64,000 nt of DNA from Candidatus Gottesmanbacteria bacterium (GCA_963701185.1 OY969569.1:245735-309734); one strand, 5' to 3'. Counted from the stretch's first letter, positions 26,280 through 36,518 are shown. Notes: generated by a model not told the origin, from the letters alone. Numbers and translations are program-made.

Positions 26280-28688
26280 CTACTGAATCGGATCCTCGAG
26301 AGGATTGTCGGTGTCAAATTTTATAGTTTTGATTTTTGGGAGACGGTTTTTTAATTGATATTCCTTCCACAGAATTTTTCCATTGGACAAAAATTGGGCA
26401 ACGATCAACCGTGTAGTGTCGGTTCCCGGCAGAACTACTAATTTATATTTTCCGGATTTTGGATTAGCAAAAACCTGCAGATTCCTTTCATCCTTCGTCA
26501 TGTGTCCTTCGGGATCTACGATCCAGAAGTCGGCCGGATACCCGATGACAAAAAGGCCGGATATCGGTGCGCGGGATGGAGGTTCCATGTTTGCCGTAAT
26601 AGATTGAATGGTTTGCGGTGCAGCCCCAAGAAACTCCAATACTTTTTCTATTCCCTGAGCCGATGACAGAAGATCCATATGACTGACGGATATGACGCGT
26701 GTATTATCGGCATCGGGAATTTCGCTGCTTGTCAAAAGGACGGTTCCATCGCCGTCCATCGTGGTCGTGCGTGAAATTGGTTTGCCATCTGCCCAATCAC
26801 CAGGAGAATCATGTTTATCTGCCGGGTTCACGCGATATCCGACAGTTGTTTCCTGCGCGTTTCCACGAAGAGTAGCAACTGTCGTATTATAAAAATTTGT
26901 AAAAGAAGATGTTAAAAAATTATTTTTAGCATTCATATCTAGATAATTTTTTAGTCCTGCATCGTCAGTAATGTAATTAAAAACCGGTAGCAGATTATTT
27001 ATGGACGGGAAATATGTCTGTATAACCTCTTTGTCGGTAGTTAGGTGCCGGATTCCACAATTCTTTTGGACTAACGTTAATAGGAATTTCCATCCGAGGT
27101 CTCCTTCCCAGATCTGACCCGCTTCCCACGTCGGATATGCCGCAATTGTCCCCAGATGAGGAGATCCAACGGATAAAAATTTCTCCATTTTATTTGTTGA
27201 CTGTTCCTGTGTTATGTATGACCGGGCTAGAAGCCCTCCCATGCTATGGCCGACGACCCCAACTTTTTCATGCCACCCGGGTGTCGCATTATTGATGAAA
27301 GAAGCCAGCGCCGGTTCGTTTTCGGCAACGGGCTTGCGCCAATCATACGGATAGAGCGTGGGAAGCCAGCCTGCTTTTGTCAGAGCGTCCAGGAGCGGAT
27401 TATAGACGGGGCGGGCAAGATGGAACAATGTCCACTCCCCCGTATAGTCATTGAGTTTGCAATTGATCAGTGCATCAGGATTCCAACTTGCCGTGACTCC
27501 GGGAATTACCACGATTTTCTTTGTCGGAGGAGGTGGAGGTGTGGGAGTGGGAGTTGCTGTGGGTGTGGGAGTTGGTGTTGGAGTGGGAGTAGAAGTTGGC
27601 GTTGGAGTGGGGAGCGGAGGCGCAGTCGGCACAGAAGCAGGATCCGGTGTAGGGAGTATTGACGCGCTCGCCGTCGCGTACCCTATGCGCCAATGGTACC
27701 CGTCGTACCCCGAATACCACATTTTAAGGATATCTTCTTTTAAAATCGTTGATGCGAACATATATGTTTGGTCGAATTTTCCGCCAGTGCCAGTTAATAC
27801 AGGATTAAGTTCGTTTGGCTTAACCCAATTAATACCATCAACGGAATAAGCATAGACAATTCGAGTTGGCATGTCTCCAGCAGCTGCCCCATACCACATA
27901 TGATAAATTCCACCAGAAAAGAGTACTGCGGGGAAACTTAGATTATTTAATTCCCAAATTGTAGTTGGGCTGAGAACCGGATTGTTATTGTTTTGTTTAA
28001 TCCAAATGACTCCATCAGTGGAAGTAGCGTATCCTATACGCCAAAAAGGACTACTACCGAGATCATTTTCGTTTGTAGCAGCGTACCACATATGATAAAC
28101 GCCGTTATTATAGATTATTGCTCTACCCCTTGCGGTGCCGCCCGCGTCCCATGATCCAGGAGTTCCAGTCATAACCCAATTTAATTTTGTCCAATTAAAG
28201 CCATCTTGAGATGTTGCATATCGAGTTCGGAAACGATCAGGCCCACTTTGCCAGTGGTCAGAATTTTGTGAGGTAAACCACATTTTATAAATAGAGCTGC
28301 TTGTATCGTATATAACGGGAGAATCGTTTGTTTCTTTTTCCCAACCGTCAGTTGAACCTGGGGGTATAATTGGTATAGGACTTCTTGTCCAATTAGTAAG
28401 ATCACCTGATGATGATGCGTATCCTATTTTCCAACCAGAACCACCATTTGCGGTATACCAAACGTTATAGATATTGTTTAATTTAAGTACAATAGGTTCA
28501 TCTACCTGATATGAATCCCATCCAGATAAACTTTCACTAAATATTGGATTGTCTGGATATTTTTGCCATTCGGATGCAAATACTTTTTGATTCAAAAAGA
28601 GGTAAAATAGAAAACCTAAAAGGCTAAAACAATAAAAAAGCTTAAAGCAGTATATAATATATTTCGACACTAGATAAACTAATATCAT
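26280..28688 (-). CDS. large secreted/membrane-anchored multidomain protein: GH43/GH130-type beta-propeller, Pro/Thr linker, alpha/beta-hydrolase (lipase-like GHSMGG)
   Basis: An N-terminal hydrophobic anchor. Five propeller-blade-like repeats (WKIGYASSSGDLTNW, TRYATSQDGFNW, FWRIGYATSTDGVIW, RIVYAYSVDGINW, HWRIGYAT). A PT linker PTPTPTSTPTPTPTPTPTATPTPTPPPPP. A lipase nucleophile elbow VGHSMGGLLA in a PGAP1/LCAT-like alpha/beta-hydrolase region. Confidence 0.6.
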   Translation of the reverse strand: MILVYLVSKYIIYCFKLFYCFSLLGFLFYLFLNQKVFASEWQKYPDNPIFSESLSGWDSYQVDEPIVLKLNNIYNVWYTANGGSGWKIGYASSSGDLTNWTRSPIPIIPPGSTDGWEKETNDSPVIYDTSSSIYKMWFTSQNSDHWQSGPDRFRTRYATSQDGFNWTKLNWVMTGTPGSWDAGGTARGRAIIYNNGVYHMWYAATNENDLGSSPFWRIGYATSTDGVIWIKQNNNNPVLSPTTIWELNNLSFPAVLFSGGIYHMWYGAAAGDMPTRIVYAYSVDGINWVKPNELNPVLTGTGGKFDQTYMFASTILKEDILKMWYSGYDGYHWRIGYATASASILPTPDPASVPTAPPLPTPTPTSTPTPTPTPTPTATPTPTPPPPPTKKIVVIPGVTASWNPDALINCKLNDYTGEWTLFHLARPVYNPLLDALTKAGWLPTLYPYDWRKPVAENEPALASFINNATPGWHEKVGVVGHSMGGLLARSYITQEQSTNKMEKFLSVGSPHLGTIAAYPTWEAGQIWEGDLGWKFLLTLVQKNCGIRHLTTDKEVIQTYFPSINNLLPVFNYITDDAGLKNYLDMNAKNNFLTSSFTNFYNTTVATLRGNAQETTVGYRVNPADKHDSPGDWADGKPISRTTTMDGDGTVLLTSSEIPDADNTRVISVSHMDLLSSAQGIEKVLEFLGAAPQTIQSITANMEPPSRAPISGLFVIGYPADFWIVDPEGHMTKDERNLQVFANPKSGKYKLVVLPGTDTTRLIVAQFLSNGKILWKEYQLKNRLPKIKTIKFDTDNPLEDPIQ
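27521..27645. repeat. GT-rich (plus-strand) hexanucleotide-like tandem repeat encoding the Pro/Thr linker
   Basis: The plus-strand run ggaggaggtggaggtgtgggagtgggagttgctgtgggtgtgggagttggtgttggagtgggagtagaagttggcgttggagtgggg is the reverse complement of the (ACN CCN)n Thr-Pro repeats. Confidence 0.6.
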
Positions 28689-28704
28689 AGTAAAAGGTGT
28701 TTGT

Positions 28705-30006
28705 ATGTACGATAGATTACATATTACTCAAGCTAAAATGATAGAAAACAGATTATTGAATAAATTATTTATTAATACTTCGAGCCAAATTGTTGCGAAA
28801 ATAGTAACAGTTATTTTGGGATTTTTGACGATTAGCCTTTTAACACGTTATCTCGGTGTGGAAAAGTATGGAATATATAATTTAGTTTTCGCGTATCTTG
28901 CATTTTTTGGAATTTTTGCTGATTTTGGCCTGCAGCTAACTCTTGTGCGAGATTTATCGAGTGACACAAAATCTGCCGAAAAGTTGAAATCCAGTTATTT
29001 TTCGCTTAAAGTGATTTTCACTTTTGTTTCAATATTGTTAGCTCTTATTACGCTCATATTTTTCCCTTACTCACAAACGATAAAGATGTCAATACTTGTT
29101 GGGTCCCTCGCAGTAGGAGCTGGTCAGATGAATGCCTACGGTGCTTCCGCACTTCAGTCAAAGGTTAAGCTCGATCTTGTCGCGCTTCTGGAAGTAATTA
29201 ATCGCATTGCGACAGTAATAGCAATCATTATTTTTGTTCTATTGCACCGTGGATTATATGCAATTATTCTTTCAGTTCTTATAGGTAACATACTTAGCAC
29301 GTTATTAAATATTTACTTAACACCTGATTTTTTCCGTTTAACTTCTATACCCTCGTTCGACTTGATTAAAAAAATAATTAAAGTTTCATTTCCCGTGGGT
29401 ATTACATCTTTGTTATCCGTACTTTATTTTAAAGTTGATACGTTGATGCTATCAGTGATGAAATCGACGGTTGACGTTGGTATATACAGTCTTTCCTACA
29501 AGTTGTTCGAAAATATTATAATGCTATGGCTGTTTTATATGGCTAGTTTATATCCTTTGATGGCTGGTTATATTAACAAGAATGATACTAAAAACCTTGT
29601 TTTAATACTAAAGACATCGATTATAGTACTTTCAGTATTTGTTTTAGTTATTCTATCAGTCGGATATTTCTTCGCGCCTCTCGTAATTGATATCCTTGGT
29701 GGGAAAAATTTTATTGAAAGCATTTTACCGTTTAGAGTATTATTGATTGCACTGCCTTTCGTGTTTATGAATAATATTTTCTATTACCTATTTCTATCGT
29801 TCTCGAAAATTAAGATAATATTCTGGGTTTTGATCAGTTCTTTAGTCATTAATTTATTAATTAATATGTTTCTTATTCCTCGTTATGGCTATATAGGAAC
29901 CAGCGCATCAACTGTGCTGACCGAGTTTTTAGTGAGTATACTCTATTGTGTATTTTTTCTGAAAATGAGGTTGCTTAGCTTTCAAACTGCCCCGAATTAT
30001 AAGTAA
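28705..30006 (+). CDS. polysaccharide/O-antigen flippase (Wzx, MOP superfamily)
   Basis: About 12 TM helices and a PST-family N-terminus (IVAKIVTVILGFLTISLLTRYLGVEKYGIYNLVFAYLAFFGIFADFGLQ). Very low GC. Confidence 0.7.
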   Translation: MYDRLHITQAKMIENRLLNKLFINTSSQIVAKIVTVILGFLTISLLTRYLGVEKYGIYNLVFAYLAFFGIFADFGLQLTLVRDLSSDTKSAEKLKSSYFSLKVIFTFVSILLALITLIFFPYSQTIKMSILVGSLAVGAGQMNAYGASALQSKVKLDLVALLEVINRIATVIAIIIFVLLHRGLYAIILSVLIGNILSTLLNIYLTPDFFRLTSIPSFDLIKKIIKVSFPVGITSLLSVLYFKVDTLMLSVMKSTVDVGIYSLSYKLFENIIMLWLFYMASLYPLMAGYINKNDTKNLVLILKTSIIVLSVFVLVILSVGYFFAPLVIDILGGKNFIESILPFRVLLIALPFVFMNNIFYYLFLSFSKIKIIFWVLISSLVINLLINMFLIPRYGYIGTSASTVLTEFLVSILYCVFFLKMRLLSFQTAPNYK

Positions 30007-30007
30007 T

Positions 30008-30739
30008 GTGAATCCATTCAAAATATTTAATAACAAGATATCATATGCCGGTATTTCCTCCGATATGGATAAGGAGTTTAATAGAATTTATAGCATTACG
30101 AAGAGATATACAATGACATCGATCGAGAGGATGTACTCAATGTATAAAGCAACAGAATATGTCATAAACGCTCGTATAGTCGGTGATGTAGTTGAATGCG
30201 GGATTTGGAGAGGTGGAAGTTCCATGATTGCAGCGATAACCATGCGGAAGCTACATAATTTGCAGAAGAAAATTTACCTATACGATACGTACGCCGGAAT
30301 GACTAAACCAAGCAAGTTTGATAAATCAGTAGGTAGTGATAACCACGCCACCGATTATTGGAATAAAAATAAATCTGGTGATATCAACAAATGGTGCTAT
30401 TCATCACTTGATGAAGTAAAATCCAACCTGTATAAAACTGGTTACCCTAAAAATAAACTACTGTTCATAGAAGGCGACGTTGAGAAAACTATACCGAAGA
30501 TTATACCGAAGAAAATCTCACTTTTGAGATTGGATACCGATTGGTATAAATCAACCTACCATGAGCTGAATTATTTGTATCCCTTACTAACGCCTGGCGG
30601 TGTACTGATTCTTGATGATTACGGTCATTGGCGAGGTGCGAGGAGGGCGACAGACGAGTATTTTAAAAGAAAGGGAATACATATTTTTTTAATCAGAATC
30701 GATTACACAGGAAGAATTGCAATAAAATATGGCAAATAA
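30008..30739 (+). CDS. TylF/MycF-family (macrocin-O-methyltransferase-like) sugar O-methyltransferase
   Basis: GTG start at 30008. VVECGIWRGGS, LRLDTDWYKSTYHELNYLYPLLTPGGVLILDDYG is the TylF-family (PF05711) pattern. Confidence 0.6.
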   Translation: MNPFKIFNNKISYAGISSDMDKEFNRIYSITKRYTMTSIERMYSMYKATEYVINARIVGDVVECGIWRGGSSMIAAITMRKLHNLQKKIYLYDTYAGMTKPSKFDKSVGSDNHATDYWNKNKSGDINKWCYSSLDEVKSNLYKTGYPKNKLLFIEGDVEKTIPKIIPKKISLLRLDTDWYKSTYHELNYLYPLLTPGGVLILDDYGHWRGARRATDEYFKRKGIHIFLIRIDYTGRIAIKYGK

Positions 30740-31394
30740 GAACATCTCATGGTTTTCGCCAGATAAGTTAATAAAGGACTTACAGTGGGATTATCTATCG
30801 GAAGCGTCTAAGTTTGCGCGAGGAGAGATGCTAGATGTAGGATGCGGTAAAATGCCTTATAAAGCTATTTTTATGCCTAGAGTTAGTAAATATATCGGCA
30901 TTGATAAGTATAACCGGGATGCTGACATTAAGAAAGACTTTTTGAAAGCAACGATTTTTGATAAATCGTTCGACACTGTACTATGTACACAAGTTTTAGA
31001 GCATATTCCTGAACCACAAAAGTTTTTAGAAAAGATTAACAAGGTGTTAAAAAAGAATGGCGTTCTTATTTTAACAGTGCCTTTCACGGGCCATCTACAC
31101 GAGGTTCCCCGAGACTATTACCGCTATACAAAGTATGGGCTTCGGTATATGCTCAAGAATGCGAATTTTAGAATCGTCTATATTAAGGCGGAAGGGAATT
31201 GGATTACCTCAATAGGACAGGAGATTATTTCTTACATCGAGCCTACGTTTAACCGTTTTTTACTTAAGTATCCCAAACGATTATTTCAATTAGGCGTTCT
31301 TTTACTGACTAAAGGTTTTTCAAAGCTGCCTGAACGATTTACTAAATCACAATATAGCGTTATTAACTATATTGTCGTTGCCAAAAAGCAGTAA
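30729..31394 (+). CDS. class I SAM-dependent methyltransferase
   Basis: Motif I MLDVGCGKMPY and a post-I FDTVLCTQVLEHI region, as in Methyltransf_11/23. Confidence 0.6.
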   Translation: MANKNISWFSPDKLIKDLQWDYLSEASKFARGEMLDVGCGKMPYKAIFMPRVSKYIGIDKYNRDADIKKDFLKATIFDKSFDTVLCTQVLEHIPEPQKFLEKINKVLKKNGVLILTVPFTGHLHEVPRDYYRYTKYGLRYMLKNANFRIVYIKAEGNWITSIGQEIISYIEPTFNRFLLKYPKRLFQLGVLLLTKGFSKLPERFTKSQYSVINYIVVAKKQ

Positions 31395-31397
31395 TCC

Positions 31398-32549
31398 ATG
31401 AAAATTTTGTTTATACGAAACGCTGATAGGTTTAGCGGTTCCGAAAAATATGATATTAACTTATTCTCGGAGTTTATCAAGTACCCTTCACTCAACGTAT
31501 ATTTTTTAACGAATTTAAAATTTTTTGCCAGACGAGCATCACAACTCGGAGTAACAACTAAGGTTATTTCATGGGGCTCAGAGGGAATTGGAACAAAAAA
31601 GCAATTACTATTAGCTCTTACAAAGCTCCCAATAATTCTTCCGAGATATATCTCGATAATTCATAAGTTTGAAAAGAATGGACGTTTTGATCTCATTTGT
31701 CTTCAATCGATGACAGAGAAGATATTTCTTACTCCGATACTTAAGATACAGGGATACAAGATACTTTGGACCGAACAAGGGCCAATTTATGCAACTCAGA
31801 TGTCAAAAGTAATTAAGTTTTTATATAGGCAGGTAAGCATTTTCGTCGATAAAATACTTGCGGTATCCAAGGATACAAAAAAGGATCTTATTCGTGGCGG
31901 AGTGTCTGCAAAAAAAATTACTGCGATTTATATTGGGATAGACATAAATAAATTTAAGCCGTTAAGTACGATTAAAATTAATACCTTAAAAAGGAGGTTT
32001 CAAATTAGTCGGAACTCTTTCGTTCTGGGTTATCTAGGGACAGTGACTGATGAAAAAGGCATAGAAGACTTTGTTTTAGTATCAAATATGTTGTTTAAAC
32101 AAGATAAGAATTTTCATTTTGTTATTATTGGGGATGGACCATTACTTCCATGGGTGAAACAGTCTATAAAAAGGTTAAAAATGACAAAGAATTACATGTG
32201 TAGTGGTTTTGTTGAAGATGTTACTAAATATTTAGGCGTTATAGATATATTATTTTTGCCCACACGTCATTACGAAGGTCTCCCTTTAGCCATATTAGAG
32301 GCACAATCAATGGGTAAGATAGTTATAACCAGCACGATGGGCGGCAATCATGAAATTGTTCAGAATGGTATAAATGGTTTTCTCTTTAGCGGCCTGAATA
32401 AAGCCTCCATTGTTAAACGTATCATCACCATGCGTCTTTCCAAATCAAACATGTTAGAGTTGAACAGGCAGGCGCGTAAGAATATAATGAAACGATTCAA
32501 TATTGAAGTTCAAAAGAAGAAATTCGTTCAATTTCTCCAAAACATATGA
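31398..32549 (+). CDS. glycosyltransferase family 4
   Basis: GT4 C-terminal motif EGLPLAILEAQSMGKIVITSTMGGNHEIVQNGINGFLF. Confidence 0.75.
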   Translation: MKILFIRNADRFSGSEKYDINLFSEFIKYPSLNVYFLTNLKFFARRASQLGVTTKVISWGSEGIGTKKQLLLALTKLPIILPRYISIIHKFEKNGRFDLICLQSMTEKIFLTPILKIQGYKILWTEQGPIYATQMSKVIKFLYRQVSIFVDKILAVSKDTKKDLIRGGVSAKKITAIYIGIDINKFKPLSTIKINTLKRRFQISRNSFVLGYLGTVTDEKGIEDFVLVSNMLFKQDKNFHFVIIGDGPLLPWVKQSIKRLKMTKNYMCSGFVEDVTKYLGVIDILFLPTRHYEGLPLAILEAQSMGKIVITSTMGGNHEIVQNGINGFLFSGLNKASIVKRIITMRLSKSNMLELNRQARKNIMKRFNIEVQKKKFVQFLQNI

Positions 32550-33625
32550 TTATCGGTGTAGATGCGGGGGCATTGTCCGTACGTGATGACCGCCTGAAGG
32601 TGGGCGTGTATCGCGTCACGTTAAATCTGTTGCGTGAGCTCGGGAAAATCGATACAACAAATGAATACCGCCTCTATACTTTTTTGCCTATTCCTGCGCC
32701 ACAGATGAAAGAATTCGGCCCGCGGATGAAAAACGTGATCGTGCGGCCTGTGATCGGCTGGTCCATGATCCAGGTACCCATTGAGCTGCGGCGCCATCCT
32801 GTTGATGTTTTTTTAGGGTTATCCCAAATGATACCGTTTTCCTCAGCCCGTAATATCGGTTTCGTATATGACCTCGGATTTTTGCGGTACCCTGGTGCAT
32901 ATCCCGGGTCGCTTGCACGTCTGGAGGCGCAGACAAGACAGTTGGTCAAGCGATCGGACCATATTATTACCATTTCCAAATCGGCTGAATCAGATATTGT
33001 CAACGCGTACGGAATAGACAAAAAACGCATAACGGTTAACTATCCCGGGATAGACCACAGGTTTACGGCACGCGGCGCCAAACATAAGGGAAAACCGTAT
33101 ATCCTGTATGTCGGTGCACTCAAGCGCGGGAAAAATATCCCGTTTGCTATCCGTGCATTTAAAAAATTTTTGGACGGCAGCAAGAAACAGTATGATTTTT
33201 TATTGGTCGGCGGTGATTATTGGGCAGACAAAACAATTCCGCACATAATAGAGGAGCTGGGATTGTGGGATAAGGTAAAATTGGCAGGGTTTGTTCCCGA
33301 TTCTGATTTGCCTACCTATTACCGCGGGGCCAGCGCGCTTTTTCTTACATCTCTCTGGGAGGGGTTTTGCCTACCCGCTACCGAAGCTATGAAAAGCGGC
33401 TGTCCCATCGTTTATGCCCGGACCGGATCCCTGCCGGAGATTGTTGGCGATGCAGGATTGATATTTGCCAAGGGAGACGAAACCGAAGCGGCCGACGCAC
33501 TTGCAAAGATCACTTCCACCGCTTTACTGCGGAAGCAATTGGTCAGGGCCGGCATAGAGCGGAGTAAGCAGTTTACCTGGCGTGCGTTTGCACAAAGCGT
33601 CCACCGCATCATTGCCAAATCATGA
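32546..33625 (+). CDS. glycosyltransferase family 4
   Basis: EGFCLPATEAMKSGCPIVYARTGSLPEIVGDAGLIF. GC returns to about 50% from here on. Confidence 0.75.
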   Translation: MIIGVDAGALSVRDDRLKVGVYRVTLNLLRELGKIDTTNEYRLYTFLPIPAPQMKEFGPRMKNVIVRPVIGWSMIQVPIELRRHPVDVFLGLSQMIPFSSARNIGFVYDLGFLRYPGAYPGSLARLEAQTRQLVKRSDHIITISKSAESDIVNAYGIDKKRITVNYPGIDHRFTARGAKHKGKPYILYVGALKRGKNIPFAIRAFKKFLDGSKKQYDFLLVGGDYWADKTIPHIIEELGLWDKVKLAGFVPDSDLPTYYRGASALFLTSLWEGFCLPATEAMKSGCPIVYARTGSLPEIVGDAGLIFAKGDETEAADALAKITSTALLRKQLVRAGIERSKQFTWRAFAQSVHRIIAKS

Positions 33626-34698
33626 AAGTCGCCGTCGTCCGCGGAAAATTTCTGAACAAATACGAAATGCAGTTTTTTGAGCCGCTTGTCAATCGCTTTG
33701 ATATCACTGCATTCGGATCACTGACAAGCTTCCATGACCGGTTCCGCTTTCCCGCGGTCAAGCTTCTTTCACCCATGGATATCCCTGATTTCCCGTACAA
33801 AATGCCGGTATTAAACAGATTGTTTATCGATGCGCATTATTTGTTTGGATTGGAAGGGAAGCTCCGCGGATTTGACCTTGTGCACACAGCGGAAACCTAT
33901 TTCCATTACACCCAACAATGCCTGAATGCCAAAAAGAAAGGGTATGTCAAAAAAGTCATTGCCACGGTATTGGAAAATATTCCCTTTAATAACGAAGGCA
34001 TTCCCGGCAGACGTGCATTTAAAGCGCGCGCAAGACAGGAGCTTGACCACATGATCGCATTGACCAATAAGACGAAGGCAGCACTGCTTCTTGAAGGAGC
34101 TGACCCTAAAAAGATTACCGTCATCAGCCATTTTATCGATACAAAAAGATTTTCTCCGGGCAGAAGTCGAATTCACAAAAAACTCGTTATACTTTTTGTC
34201 GGAAGGCTGGAATGGTATAAGGGAATATTTGATTTTATACAAGCTGCGGAGATGCTTCGCGCCGAAGGCTTCCACCTAACGTTTCGCGTGATCGGGACGG
34301 GCAGTGAAGCAAATAAAATTCCCCAGTGGATTGAAAAACGACATGCGATGTATGACGAGATGCCGTCTGTGTATAACGGCGCTGATATATTTATTGCCCC
34401 CAGCAAGCCCACACCGACGTATGAAGAGCAGTACTGTACGGCGCTTCTTGAGGCGCAGGCTTCAGGCCTGGCCATTGTGACCACCAGAAGCGGCGGCATA
34501 CCGGAGAATATCGGAGACGCCGGTATCGTGGTCGAGCCCGGGGATGTGTCGGCGATTGCACAAGCGGTAAAAAGCTATATATTAAACCCTCAGAAGCGAC
34601 TGGTATATGGTGTTGCTGCGCGTGAACGGGCAATACGCGTGCATGACGCGAGGATAGGCGCAAAAAAACTTGCGGGTCTCTACCGCTCCCTGTTTTAA
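33622..34698 (+). CDS. glycosyltransferase family 4
   Basis: EEQYCTALLEAQASGLAIVTTRSGGIPENIGDAGIVVEPGD. Confidence 0.75.
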   Translation: MKVAVVRGKFLNKYEMQFFEPLVNRFDITAFGSLTSFHDRFRFPAVKLLSPMDIPDFPYKMPVLNRLFIDAHYLFGLEGKLRGFDLVHTAETYFHYTQQCLNAKKKGYVKKVIATVLENIPFNNEGIPGRRAFKARARQELDHMIALTNKTKAALLLEGADPKKITVISHFIDTKRFSPGRSRIHKKLVILFVGRLEWYKGIFDFIQAAEMLRAEGFHLTFRVIGTGSEANKIPQWIEKRHAMYDEMPSVYNGADIFIAPSKPTPTYEEQYCTALLEAQASGLAIVTTRSGGIPENIGDAGIVVEPGDVSAIAQAVKSYILNPQKRLVYGVAARERAIRVHDARIGAKKLAGLYRSLF

Positions 34699-35717
34699 GG
34701 CCGCAACAGCAAGAAGGAAATAATGAGCGATGCATTGACAAGAGTCAGTGGGATGACAACAATCGTGAGGAAGTAAAATTGGGTCCATTTGTAATGAGCC
34801 AGCCAGGTAAAAATAGGAGCAATGCCGAAGGCAAGAATCGGCAAGGTACTCACAAACATCCTGCCGCTGTAGGAAGCGCCCTGCCACCACGTACTCCAAC
34901 TGGCTACGGTGTACAGTTCCAGAAGAAAGACAAGAAGCATCATCCGTCTTTTTTTCGTGATGAGTCCGATTGTGCCAAGGAGTGTTATCGGAGTCCACAG
35001 ATATAAGCCGTTTCGTAATCCAAACAGGACTCCGAGTATGTGCGGTCGGAAAAAGTTGAAACCTTCATGTAATAAATAGGGACTTATCCAAAACCTGCCC
35101 GCGGTATGTTGCCAAGCAAGGAATTGTGGTGAAAATACAAGAAGAAAGCCGGCAATAATCAATACAATATTCTTCTTCGTGATGGAAGGAAGAAGAAGTA
35201 TTGTATAGATGAGGTCCTGGGTACGCATCAAACCAAGGAGGCCGAGTGCGGCACCGATACTAAACCAGGATTTTTGCTTTTGCAGCAAAAGCGAGAGGAA
35301 TACGACGGCCGCAAAAAAAGTAAGTGCGTGGGAATTGACCACATCTATTGATCCATAAAAGAGAAGATTACTTGCTCCGGCAATTGAGGCAACTGCCATA
35401 ATGCTTACGGTTTCGCTGAAATATTTTAGCAACAGGCGCCATAAGAGGAGGAGCGAAAATATCGTTGCCAGTACACTGGTGAAACCGACGACTATTTCAT
35501 TGCGGGTCAGAAGATATGCCGGAGTCCAAAATAGCGCAGGTCCTACTGAATATTTACTCGGTTGCAGAGTAAGCCATCCGTAATAATATGTGCCGTCGCC
35601 GTAGACGGTTTTATTAAGATACGCGGCGTGGGCAAAGAATCCGGTCAGGTAAACCGTGCAGATGCAAAGAAAAATCGACAGCGGCGATATCTTAGTCAAA
35701 AGCTTCATTACCGGCAA
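34695..35717 (-). CDS. polytopic integral membrane protein, possible GT-C-type glycosyltransferase/glycan polymerase
   Basis: 340 aa with at least 9 predicted TM helices and no soluble domain. It sits among glycosyltransferase genes. Confidence 0.35.
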   Translation of the reverse strand: MPVMKLLTKISPLSIFLCICTVYLTGFFAHAAYLNKTVYGDGTYYYGWLTLQPSKYSVGPALFWTPAYLLTRNEIVVGFTSVLATIFSLLLLWRLLLKYFSETVSIMAVASIAGASNLLFYGSIDVVNSHALTFFAAVVFLSLLLQKQKSWFSIGAALGLLGLMRTQDLIYTILLLPSITKKNIVLIIAGFLLVFSPQFLAWQHTAGRFWISPYLLHEGFNFFRPHILGVLFGLRNGLYLWTPITLLGTIGLITKKRRMMLLVFLLELYTVASWSTWWQGASYSGRMFVSTLPILAFGIAPIFTWLAHYKWTQFYFLTIVVIPLTLVNASLIISFLLLRP

Positions 35718-35732
35718 TGATATAATGGGACA

Positions 35733-36518
35733 GTGGTTAGTGCAATTGTATTATCCCATAATGACCAGGATTCGGTGGTGCGGACCCTCGCGAGCCTTTT
35801 CTGGTGTGATGAAATAATCGTTATTGACGATTTCTCCACGGACGAAACGGTTTCCCGGGCAAAAAAATTTACGCCAAACATTTACCGGCATCATTTACAC
35901 GATGATTTTTCCGCGCAGAGGAATTTCGGGTTGACAAAAGTCGGAGGGCCCGCCTCGACTCGCGGCGAGCCGACGCGAGGCGGGGAGTGGGTTCTTTTTG
36001 TCGATAGCGATGAAGTCGTTTCAGCCGAGCTGGCTGATGAAATTAAAAAATCATTGGAAATTGACTGTGCGGGATTTTACATGAAACGTCAGGATTGGCT
36101 TTTCGGAAAACCGCTTGGTCACGGGGAAACAGGTAAAGTGCGTTTATTACGGTTGGCAAAAAAGAATGCAGGGAAATGGGAGAGAACAGTTCATGAAGTA
36201 TGGCATGTCAGCGGGATGACCGGTGAGCTTGATCATCCGCTTGATCATTTCCCCCACCAATACGTCGCACAATTTATAAGTGACATAAATCACTATTCAA
36301 CCCTCAACGCGCGGTATTTGTATTCAAAAAATGTGCATGCATTCTGGTGGCATATCATTGCGTATCCCAGTCTCAAATTTTTTGTGGATTATATCTGGTA
36401 TTTAGGATTCCTGGACGGCACTGCTGGGGCAGTTGTGGCTCTTATGATGAGTTTTCATTCATTTTTGTCCCGTGCAAAACTCTGGCTGTTATGGCACAAA
36501 CGAGAAAAAACATCCTAA
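35733..36518 (+). CDS. glycosyltransferase family 2
   Basis: GTG start. The GT2 N-terminus AIVLSHNDQDSVVRTLASL, then IIVIDDFSTDET and the DxD-like FVDSDEVV. Confidence 0.65.
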   Translation: MVSAIVLSHNDQDSVVRTLASLFWCDEIIVIDDFSTDETVSRAKKFTPNIYRHHLHDDFSAQRNFGLTKVGGPASTRGEPTRGGEWVLFVDSDEVVSAELADEIKKSLEIDCAGFYMKRQDWLFGKPLGHGETGKVRLLRLAKKNAGKWERTVHEVWHVSGMTGELDHPLDHFPHQYVAQFISDINHYSTLNARYLYSKNVHAFWWHIIAYPSLKFFVDYIWYLGFLDGTAGAVVALMMSFHSFLSRAKLWLLWHKREKTS

